NCBI GenBank assembly: GCA_964187785.1
Contig: OZ076409.1
Span: 66,652,001-66,716,000, forward strand
Length of the DNA stretch: 64,000 nt
From: Amphiscolops sp. MND2022
Taxonomy: Eukaryota
Direction of reading: 5' to 3'
Shown: piece by piece, positions 38,801 through 50,800 of the stretch
Layout of the letters: the number at the start of each line of letters is the position of its first letter
Numbering within the stretch: position 1 is the stretch's first letter
Made by a program: the position numbers and the translations under genes
The notes under the pieces: generated by a model
Databases searched by the model: none
What the model saw: only the letters and a program-made list of their open reading frames with translations
Told to the model about the DNA's origin: nothing

Positions 38801-41800
38801 TTTCAAGTTCGGATGTAACGCTTTCAAGTTCGGATGTAATGTTTTCAGAGTTCGGATATAACGTTTTAAAAGTTCGGATAAAACGTTTTCAAAATTCGTA
38901 TGTAACGTTTTCAAAGTTCGGATGTAACGTTTTCAAGATCGGATGTAACGTTTTCAAGTTCGGATGTAGCGCTTTCAAGTTCGGATGTAATGTTTTCAGA
39001 GTTCGGATATAACGTTTTCAAAGTTCGGATTTAACATTTTAAAAGTTCGGATCTAACGTTTTCGAAGTTCGTATGTAACGTTTTCGAAGTTCGGATGTAA
39101 CGTTTTAAAGTTCGGATGTAACGTTTTCAAGTTCGAATGTAACGCTTTCAAGTTCGGATGTAATGTTGTCAGAGTTCGGATATAACGTTTTAAAAGTTCG
39201 GATATAACGTTTTCAAAGTTCCTATGTAACGTTTTCAAAGTTCGGATGTAACGTTTTCAAGTTCGGATGTAACGTTTTCAAGTTCGGATGTAACGCTTTC
39301 AAGTTCGGATGTAATGTTTTCAGAGTTCGGATATAACGCTTTCGAAGTTCGGATATAACATTTTAAAAGTTCGGATATAACGTTTTCAAAGTTCGTATGT
39401 AACGTTTTCAAAGTTCGGATGTAACGTTTTCAAGTTCGGATGTAACGTTTTCAAGTTCGGATATAACGTTTTCAAAGTTCGGATTTAAAGTTTTAAAAGT
39501 TCGGATATAACGTTCTCAAAGTTCGTATGTAACGTTTTCAAAGTTCGGATGTAACGTTTTCATGTTGGAATGTAACGTTTTCAAGTTCGGATGTAACGCT
39601 TTCAAGTTCGGATGTAATGTTTTCAGAGTTCGGATATAACGTTTCCAATGTTCGGATATAACGTTTTCAAAGTTTGTATTCAACGTTTTCAAAGTTCGGA
39701 TGTAACGTTTTGAAGTTCGGATGTAACGTTTTAAGTTCGGATGTAACGTTTTCAAGTTCGGATGTAACGCTTTCAAGTTCGGATGTAATGTTTTCAGAGT
39801 TCGGATATAACGTTTTCAAAGTTCGTATTTAACGTTTTCAAAGTTCGGATGTAACGTTTTCAAGTTCGGATGTAACGTTTTCAAGTTCGGATGTAACGCT
39901 TTCAAGTTCGGATGTAATGTTTTCAGAGTTCGGATATAACGTTTTCAAAGTTCGGATTTAACGTTTCAAAAGTTCGGATATAACGTTTTCAAAGTTCGGA
40001 TGTAACGTTTTCAAGTTCGGATGTAACGTTTTCAAGTTCGGATATAACGTTTTCAAAGTTCGGATTTAAAGTTTTAAAAGTTCGGATATAACGTTTTCAA
40101 AGTTCGTATGTAACGTTTTGAAAGTTCGGATGTAACGTTTTCAAGTTCGGATGTAACGTTTTCAAGTTCGGATGTAACGCTTTCAAGTTCGGATGTAATT
40201 TTTTCAGAGTTCGGATATAACGTTTTCAATGTTCGGATATAACGTTTTCAAAGTTCGGATTTAACGTTTCAAAAGTTCGGATATAACGTTTTCAAAGTTC
40301 GTATGTAACGTTTTCAAAGTTCGGATGTAGCGTTTTGAAGTTCGGTTGTAACGTTTTCAACTTCGGATGTAACGCTTTCAAGTTCGGATGTAATGTTTTC
40401 AGAGTTCGGATATAACGTTTTCAAAGTTCGTATGTAATGTTTTTAAAGTTTATGTAACGTTTTCAAAGTTCGGATGTCACGTTTTCCAAGTTCGAATGTA
40501 GAGTTTTCAAAGTTCGAATATAACGTTTTCAAAGTTCGGAAATAACGTTTTCTTGACACTCTGAAGTCGTTTTGCTATTTTTGAGACTTAGATATGGCCT
40601 TGACTTGGGCAATTCCCGGCTTGTTCTAATTGATGTGTTATTTTTTAGTCGGCGCTTTGATTAATAAAAGAGCCCGACTATTACAGTCACTCGTTTTTTT
40701 ATTTAAGACAGACTCGAAGCGACGAACGTTAAAATTAACGTTCAACTACTAAATACAGTACTAAACTACTGTACCGGCAAAGGCAAACGGGGAGCGCATT
40801 TAGCATAGTGCAAAGGGTCCCCCCTTTCAGTTACTCCATTTTTATTGTAAGATACAAAACAGGACGAGACTATAGGGTTTGAGTTTTTTTCGGCAATGTG
40901 CGACTTTTTTTCGAAATTTTTTTTGTCTCCAAAGGGTCCCCCCTTCAAGTTTTTTGATATTTTACAGCAAATTGAAGTTTCCAAAAGCCCAAAGGGTCTC
41001 CCCTTTTACAATTTCAAAAAGTTTGAGTTTTTTGAGCTTTAGATATGGCGCCGACTTTAGACGTTCCCGTCTTGTTGATATGAGTTTTCGCTTTTAATTT
41101 TCTTCCGCCCATTTTCCCTATGGGGAAAATATTTCAATCTGTCGCATTTTTACTCCAAAAGTGGCCATTTCGTTTCATAAATTTCGTTTCATGCAATTTG
41201 TATTTGTAGTTTTAGACTTTTTGGGTATGACCAAAATGACCCAATAATGACCCAGAGATTACCCCAAAAATGGCAAAATATGCAAGATTTTCCAATTTTC
41301 AACAAGTTTGTACAATTTTGATCAGACAGACTCCGTGGCTTAGAATGTTAAAGACGTTCAAAATACACTTGCAACTTGAGGGGAAAATGTTGCCCTGGAG
41401 GCTCATCGGAAGACATAAATGACAATTTTCAATAGAAAAATGCCTCAAATTGACTCCGATGTCGAAAAATCTAAAAATTTCCCTAAATTAAAAAATCTTG
41501 AAAAAATTTTAAAAATAAAATCGCTTTTTGTAATTTTTGTCAAATTTTCAATAGACTTTGTGGATTAGAATTTTGAAAACGTTCAACAAGGAAAGAATTC
41601 GTTGTACAAAAAGTTTTTCTTAAGAGATAAATGCAGTTGTGATTACAACGATAAATTCCCCGCTGGTCAATAGGCGCCTTGTTTCATATTGTATGAGTTA
41701 TTGCTGATATGAGTTTCGAAATTTTTTGACAATTGAAAAGCTGAAATATCTTCACAAGTACAGATAAAACATACCAAATTTTATGATAGCTGGATTCCGT

Positions 41801-44800
41801 GGAACAACATTTGTCTTTTTGGCATGAAATTGGAATATTGGTAAAATGAGAAAAACACGGCTCAGCTAATAATTTTTTTTCTAAAATAGAAATTTGGGTG
41901 AAAACTTATTCAGTTTCCCTGTTTCATTAAATATCAATTTTTCATGAAATGTCAAATTGCTTTAATTCTTTCACATGACAAGTGTACTTTTGGGAGCAAA
42001 TCTTTTTATTGTATTGTTGTGAAGATAGTAAAGATTTATGGACATATGGGCCAAAAATATTTGAAAGTAATTTAATCACCCCTGTGAAAGGTAGATAACG
42101 ATTTTCTATTTCGAATTTGGCAAGAAAATGCCTGGGATGTATTCACCTGTATCAGTAAAAATTACAGCTCCCTGCCGGATATTATGCAATATGCGACAGA
42201 AGTTGACACCCAACCGTGTGTGGAGAGGAGAAACGATAAGACACCGACAGGGGGATATTTCATTCCTCTGACGTCATTAGAAGAAGATGACCCTGGTTGA
42301 AGAAAAATTGCAAGCCTTGCAAGTATACATCAAAGAGCTTTTCTTAAGATGCATTTTTCAAAAGATGTTGCCAGTAAATATCTTTCACGGAAGAATCTTG
42401 AAAAAATGAATACAGATCCAACGAAAATTGGGCTTATTTCAATCATTGCGAGATCATTCAAATGAATGCGCCTTTCCTTTTGGGAGGCGGAAATTTCGTC
42501 GCAAGAAATTTCGTCGTCGGAAATTTCGTCGTAGGAAATTTCGTCGTATTAGCAAATACAGAAATTTCGTCGTCAGAAATTTCGTCGTATTGATAAAATT
42601 CAACAGCGTTCGGGAAAATTGAAATTAAATTCAATTATTTAATTATTAAAACGAGATTTTAACAACTTTCATTTTGACACCAAAACTGAGTCAAAAAGTT
42701 AATTGCATCCAATCAATTCATCAAGAACTACGTATTTTACCGGTGTATTCACACCATACTAGCCAAAAGTTTGCTTGGACCATGTCATCTATTCCCCCAA
42801 ACGGCGGCGGGGGAAATAAGACAAAAGGTTCAAATAACATTATGTCGACATTGTTTGCGTTGAAATGTTGGTCCAATAAAATAATATTTCGGTCCAATTC
42901 ATATAATATTTTCTTATTAGAGAAATATTTTTATTCAAGAACAAAATGTGCTTTAGTGCAGGGAAAATTCGGAGCTTTACTATACAATTTAGGTTTGTTC
43001 TGGAGGTGAATTTTTGCTTTTTTTTCAAACTTTTTCTGGTAAAATCATCTCTAAAAGTAGTCAATAATAGCAATAATTGTACAATTACCGATAATTGTCA
43101 AGACGCGGTGAATTTTAAGACATCAATAATATTAGACAATTCCTAATAGCTTAGATAAAATGCGACGTTTTATAGAACGTAATTTCCGACGACGAAATTT
43201 CTGACGACGAAATTTCTGACGACGAAATTTCTGACGACGAAATTTCTGACGACGAAATTTCCGATGACGAAATTTCCGACGTCGAAATTTCTGGCGACGA
43301 AGTTTCTGACGACGAAATTTCTGGTAATCCTCCTTTTCTATTTGCTCACATGTTTTTTGCAAAATTCCTTCCAGTCTTTCAATTATTATGCAATACTTTG
43401 CTCCATCTTGGAAGATTCTTACAAACCACTTGCAAGGAAAGTGTTCTTCTCGACCAGGGGCGATTCAAATTTACAGCATGCCTTTTGGAGACCTGACGGA
43501 CGAGACCGATAGAGCTGATGAATGCAGAGGTATCCAGACTAAAGTTGTTGTCCAGTTGGCATGTAAAACTCATCAATTGCGTAATTGTATGCCAGTTAAA
43601 ATGGGGCGTGAACTCAGTTCCGCGCTGAGAATTCATTCAATACCATCGGTGGTCATCGCAATTTTGTTCTGAAAGGCTCTGATGGAGTTTTAAAAATGAC
43701 ACGTTGTGACCCTTAAATAATCATTTGTGACTTCTTTTTCTATTATTTTCAAATCAATTTCATCAGAAAAGTTCACCAGGTTTGAGATATTTTTCCAAAT
43801 CACATCTTTTTAATTACAGAAATGCTCAAAAAGTTATTTGATTAGAAGTATCAATGCCAGCGTCTGAACTAAGAACCATGAATATTTACGTCTTGGGTTA
43901 ACTCCACCTATAATGCATGGTAACCAAACCGTTTGCTATAATCTACCCAGTGATCAAAGGCGAGAAACACCAAGATCTTGCCATTATCTTGAAATATTTT
44001 GATCTTTCCGGATCCAACTCCACATGCGATTCCTTGCAATTCCATGCACGGAGCCTTACGATAAATTCAAGCCGTTTCCATGCATAGAATTGAATGAAAC
44101 CATATGATTCCAAAGCATGGAATTGTATTGATCATATGGTCCCATGTATGGAATCGCATGGAAGCCCCATGAATTCAGATCGATTCAGATCCATGGTTGT
44201 CAAGGTTTTCTATGTCTTCGAATGCAGGGTAGCTATGGTTGTCAATGGAATTCTCCAACATCTCAAACAAGATATGCTGGTTCTAATCTTTATTTTTAAA
44301 AAAGTTAATTCTCACATATGTTCAAACATATTAAAAAATGTATCTAATTTTTTCTCTCTCGTCAAATGCAATTGATGATAACGGCTCAGATGAATCACCA
44401 GTAGTGTACTTCTTGCCAAATTGTTATTTCAGAGAATTTGGAGGTCCTTGGGTTTCGCTGGATAAAGGATACATGCTCATTTGGAATAAAATTACTCCAT
44501 CGCCTGGATCTAAACCCACTTTTGAGGGTTGCTGGGATGCTCTGGCTAATGAAATCGTCAGAACTTGTTGCGAGTACTACCCTCCACTGTTTCAAAAGAA
44601 CTACACCATTCACGCTTTCTTAGCAACTCATTCGTCGCTTCTTTTTAACATTGTAGCAAGTTTATGTGCTCTAAGGTTCATTGCTGAAGATGAAATTCCA
44701 GAAAATTTCCGAAAAATTCCCGAAATGGTCGTCAAACCCGAAACGGATGTTAATACAGAGAACTTGAGATGGCTGATTGACTGGCTATTGAATAACTCCA

Positions 44801-47800
44801 ACAGTTGTTTCAACGTTTCCTTTTATGTACTTCAGAACTATTTGAGCAATAAACTACGAACGATGGACTACGGCAAGCTGAGATTTTTTTCACGAGAAGG
44901 CGCTTCCATTGAAGAAAAACGATTTGAAATGGTGAGAAATATCTTGATCATAGAACCGGATGTTTTGAATCTCTGTCTTGATTTGATCAAAAATTTCCCA
45001 ATGCAAAATGTTTCTGAATTATCTGACCAGTTTGAAGGTAACATTTTGGAAGATGTCACTTCTGGAAACCCAAATTATACTTATTTTTATCAAACTTTAA
45101 TGGAAATTGGGGTTATGTACCTATTCGACGAGGCCATTGAAATTGAAAAAGACAAAACAAAATCGCAGATTCATCTATACATCCAAAAATGTGCTTGGAA
45201 ACGGAAGAAGTTCAGCACAAGGAAGGTTCAACCGCAGCTTCGGGAGAAAATGCTAGCTGCAAGTTTGTTGTGTGCTGAGACTAGGTTACTACAATTGGCT
45301 GTGAAATTTAAGCACTTACAAGGCTCGGCCGTTCCACGTATTCTAGAAAAACAGCCAGTAGAAAAAAAATCTAAAAAAGATTTGATTCCAGCTCTATTAT
45401 GGCTAATTGAAGACGAAGATCTAGAACTAGAGAATGAGATCCTCGATTTCGCATTGAATAGAATCAAAACAAGCCAACGTTTGAGCTCAAAAGTTTCTTT
45501 TGAGGGAGAGAACTGGGAAAAACAAATGGTGGAAAATGTGAATTGTTTGACCACAGGCAAATGGCCAGAATTGAACATGGAAACTCTGAAGGGTGATGTC
45601 AAAAAAGCGCAAGCTTCTCAAAAGATGCAAAATGAACCAGAGAACAAAGTACAGCAACAATTAACGAACCAAACAGAAGAAAATTGCGATGACAGAGTAG
45701 CTTCTGGAGCCAAAGGTGCCGAAACAATTGAAAAAACGCCAGGCCAAAAAAGAGCGGTAAGTAAAAGTAAAAAATGGAAAACTCCCGAGGAGGAAAATGG
45801 CGAAACACCTCAAGAACAACGTCAGAACGGCGATCAAATGACATCTAGATCCGAAACTCTAGAGAAACCCGAATGTGAGAGACCCTCGTCAGGTCGAAAA
45901 AAGGCAACAGGGAAAAGTAGGGAGAGAAAAAAGCCGACTGATCAGAAACGGACGCTATCTCCGCAAACAGCATCTAGATCTAAGACTCCAGAAATGCCTG
46001 AAAATATTTTGGTTTCTTCGAGTAGAAAAAGCTCAGCAGAGAAAAGCAAGAGAAAGAAAAGCCCCAAAAACCAAGTTGACGCAGCAATTCGGGAACCAGA
46101 AACGAATGATGACCACTCGGAGTCTGGAAACAAAAGCAAAAAATCATCCGGAAAAAATTTCGATCCTCTTGCTGAATCCAACCAAAACAACCCTCGTAAT
46201 AAAGGTGGGAGGAACAAAAGACCCGAAAAACAGGTGAAACAAGCAAGCGAACAGTCGGGTGGGAAAATTGATTCAAAAAAATACGGCGGCAATCAAGAGC
46301 CGAAACAGCCACGACTCTCATCCTTATCGTCTGTTTCTTCTGCTGGAAGCGATCTGGTTTGTCGCGAACTTCAGACAAGACTGGCAACACTTCGGGAGCA
46401 AAGTGGGGATCATGTTTCAAAGGTGCCGAAAGTGAAGCAAAATAAAAAACTTATGAGTCAAAAAGATTGGGAAAGGGCTCGAAAAGAAGCAACCTTGAAA
46501 CGAAGACTTACACCGGATGAAAAATTTGAATTGCAAATAATGGATGCTGAACTACAATCTCAGCTGGATGGTATAAACATGTAGTTCAAGAGTAAAACAT
46601 TGTTCATTAATGGTTGAATAAAATGATGAAAGAACTTTTAATGAGGAATTCGACGTCTAGTTGTTAATCAAGCGAAGATTTTGACTAGAGGAATACTCCA
46701 CAGGCTTGATTGAAATGTTTTAGTAACTAATGTTGCTTTTCTTGAGAATTATTAGTTATCCATCACCGCTTTGTATCGGGCCTGAAATTTTGAGTCAGTC
46801 AAACGAGCAGTTTTCATCTTGAAAGTGTGACAGGATCACTTGAAAAACTTATTGACAAAAAAATCATTCTAAAGTACTGAGAGTTGTACATTCAAAACAG
46901 TGAAGCTACTTTCAACCCTTTTTGGTCAATTTCTCCTATCGAAAATTCAAAAATTTGCAAAAGTTCCGTAGTCGATGAAACAGACGTTCTTCTTTTTTGA
47001 GCTCTTAAAAGGACTTTTTGAGTCCATACTGCAGAGCTGTGGGTTACTATCTGCTTTTCTGTGAGTTATGTTATTTTTCTGACGTTGTTTTGAACTTGAA
47101 AACTGAAACAATTGTCACAATTTGTCAATTATGTAATTGTGTCTTTCACCATAAGCTAACAATTCATGCTGAGATTTTTAGCTTTTCAATCAATTCTTAT
47201 CGAGAACGTAAATTTACTTTCAATTTTTACAGCTATGTTCATTTTTTTTGAAATTACTGTCCGGGATATCCAAAATGCAATAGTTGGAAAGCCGAAAAAA
47301 ATTTTATAGTAGAATTTCGGAAGTTTTTGGAAGTACGTACATCTTACTAGATGAAGTTTCCACCGAAGAACAATATGAAAAACTTCGCTTTATGTACATC
47401 GAAGCGAAAGTAGATTTTCTTCTTTTCCTTTTTAAAAACCTGGGGAACTTACATGTCAAACTTCAAGTCTATAAAACTGAAGAAAATTGAAACTGAAAAA
47501 AACTGGCGATCGGTTATGAAAATTTCTTGCTCCAAGTAACTTTCAATATCAAATTTTCGAAAACGTCTTTTCTGTGTGTATATTTCAGATGTATATTTGC
47601 TTCACAAACATTTTAGAACCATTTCCGTTCAAGAAGCCCCTTAACCACCGAGATAGTTTCAGCTTTTTTGCCACAAACATTCAGAAGAGAGTCAAAATTT
47701 GAATAACTTTTGAAAAATGCCCAAAAAGATAGCTGTAAGAGCCACGTCCCGCGGTGTCTCTCAAATCACCAACGGACCGTGAGTCCTTTTTCAATATTTT

Positions 47801-50800
47801 TGTTTTCAAGCCAGATGAGTTTTCCCTATTCTCTTGACTACTAGGGGACAAACAGGCCTCAGTGTCCCCGTTCCCTGAAGATGACATTGAACTCACAATG
47901 TTTTGGATTTCTGGGATCACCCTTTCTGATATAGCAGTGCTAATTGCTCTGTTTATCTGGTTATGGACCATGGACATCATGGAATCCATTTCTTGAGACA
48001 ATCTGAGGTTGAATTTATTTGTAAAAGTCTCAAAGGACTGTCTAACTTCGTTGCGCCCCATTGGCTCATTTTCTTGTACAGAGCTATAATTGTTCCTTTA
48101 GTACTCATTTCCTTCGTAGTCTCCCTGGACAGAGGACTGTTTGATTGCATCTGCTAATTCTCTCTCAACAGGATTTTCACTCCCATTACCTAACATTACG
48201 GGCACGTTATCTATATCGGACATCATGTCCATTTCTCTAGACTTTCTTGTCTTAGCTTTCTGTCTTCTTGTGGAAAACATAAATGATTGTACTAGAGGTA
48301 ATATTTAAATTATTCTAGTAATCAGTTATTAACAACGAAACGGTTAATAATTTGTATCTGAGTATTATCAAATTTGGTGAACTGATAATAATATCGCTTG
48401 TCGAATTGTGTCCCTGAGGACAGCTAGTCCTTGGTATTTATAGTTAGGGCGGGGGTGATGATCTAAATTCAGAGTGTCATGCATCTCTTTTTAGAATATA
48501 AAGGCTAAAAATAGCACCGTGACATCATCATCGCGCTAAATATATACATCAAAGAGCTAGCGGTAGTTGAATATTTAAATGGCCTCCATGGCTACAATGA
48601 CAATGACAGCCAAGAATTACATATGTTTACATGTAAAGGCAACAATTCGTGCATCATACTCTATAACATGTCTTTTCTAGCCGTTTTAGACTAAAAGCAA
48701 CATAAAATGGTATCTAAAATAATAAGCAACAACATTCTAATTTTGTAATTTCAGAGTACAAGAAGGATCAAGTATCCACTTCGTCTTATTACAGCAACTA
48801 GTAGAGCAGCTTTCAATCATTTAAAAGAATAGCATCGTCGGCTTGCGTCAAAATAGACACGCTGTCCTTTATTTATTTGCAAGCTGCAAGTGTGAAAGCC
48901 AAACATGGCGCTCGCACAAGAATAGCCATAGCTGTTTGGTTGTAATAATAATGTACTGCACTGTGATTAGTTAAAATCAATTTGGACTGCTTGGCAGCAA
49001 CGACAGGAGAGGAAATATTTGAACTCGTTTCCTCTACCTGTACGCCTTGGTGTCCAATTTCTCAATTACCTTATACATTTACATATTGAAATAATCAAAT
49101 GTATGTTTTACATAACAATTCCTGAATAATTATTGCAAAACATTTCAGATTTAATATCGTAAAGGCCATAAGTAGAGTGTTATATATGTAAAATCAATTA
49201 TAATGAAACAAGTTTGTAGTTTAACTTTCATGGCTTTTGGACTAGCAGTCTTTCCTTCAGTTTATTGGGAGAGTACCTGGAAGTTCTTGATAGCAGCTGT
49301 AACTTATGGTATAGTAGTTTCCATCGCAGGCGGCAGCCCGCGACAATAGCTAATTGTATATTCGAAAAAGGCAATTGTGCCCTCATTGAGACAGCAATAA
49401 TTAAAAAGAAGTGACGAGACATATATAAATTTGAAAAGAAGACCCATAATTGTGATGAGCTAGGGTGAATAAATCAAGTTCCATCATTCAGAAATGGGAG
49501 AAAAAAAGTGTTGACTAGAGGTAATTCAATTCTCCACGTAAAGTTTTTATTCGACCCATTTTTGTTCTTTCGTTTTTTGAAAACTGTGGTAATTGAAAGT
49601 GTGCAATTGTTTGATGAGGTGACTAACTTGCATCAACTCGTAGCAGGCGCGGCAGATCTGAGACGAAAAGGTGCACACGAGGTATTGTGATTTGGCCAAG
49701 AATTGCATATCCGTGAGCAGCCAGAGAATGTTTCCAGCGGCGTACCTGTTGGATCCAGACCCAGCCTTCTTAGCTACTCCTGAGTCCCCAAAAAACTTGA
49801 AGTCAGAGAAGTTTTTGGCTTCTTTCTCCAAAACAGAAGGCTCGTCAGTGGCTGAATAAAATCATCATGCAAATATTAAACTTCGAAGGAGGAATATTTA
49901 AATTAGGCCTTGAAGCTAAATCCTTTAAAAATATTGATTTTAAAGTTTTATCAACCTTGTATGCCCTGGGGCTTCTTTTGAAATTGATAATCCTCCTAAC
50001 ACATCTAAAGCATAGGTAGAGCATTGATGTCAAATACACTTTTGTCACGTTTTCAAAGTCCCCCCCCCCGATATTTTTCTTAAAAATCTTGTCTACAAAC
50101 GTGATTTTTAGGATTTTGAACAGAATAATGAGACATTGTGTCCCTCTGGTGTCATTTCGAGATGTACTAACCAAGGTAGATATGGTTATCAATATGGTAT
50201 ATGGTACCGTTGAGCCGGTGTCTAACTGGCTTCACAAATTCCATGTACTCCCACAAATCATGGAATTTAGCCTCGCTCCTTTTATCAGACCTTCGCACGT
50301 GCAGTCCAAAATATGAGTCAGAGATGTTGTATCGTGTTTTTAGTTGGTCCACGTGATTCTGCAGACAGGGATTACCAAGACATAAAGAAAATCGACTTTC
50401 AAGATGTTCACATGTTTTGAGAAATCCCCTTTGTCGTTTCAAACCATTTCTTTTATCCAAAATGGACTAAAATACATTGAATCCAAATTTAAACGTTTGA
50501 TTGGTGATCCCTGAAGTTTTCCATTCGGTCTGGTGTTGTAGTAAGTGAAGTGACCCGCGTACCAAACAGAGGGTGCGGAGTGGCACTGATAGATTTTGCT
50601 TGCCCACTTGGAGGGGATGCTTGGCAGGTGTTGGGGTGGCACAGGCGCCCTGGATACCAACGAGGCTGCCATGGGGATATGTATAACGCGGTCATTGGAT
50701 AGGTACGGGTCAGATCCTATGCCTGAAAAACATGAAAATTTAGACAGGCAGAATTTGATACGAATGCCATAATCCTGATGAGATTTACACTAATTATTTT

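Noticed and set aside
37195..40552. CRISPR-like array or repeat-protein ORFs (KTLHPNL repeats)
   Set aside because: No unique spacers and no cas genes; eukaryotic tandem satellite, ORFs are by-products.
42428..43362. Arg-rich RRKF-repeat ORFs (protamine-like)
   Set aside because: Translations of the 15-bp inverted arrays of a foldback element.
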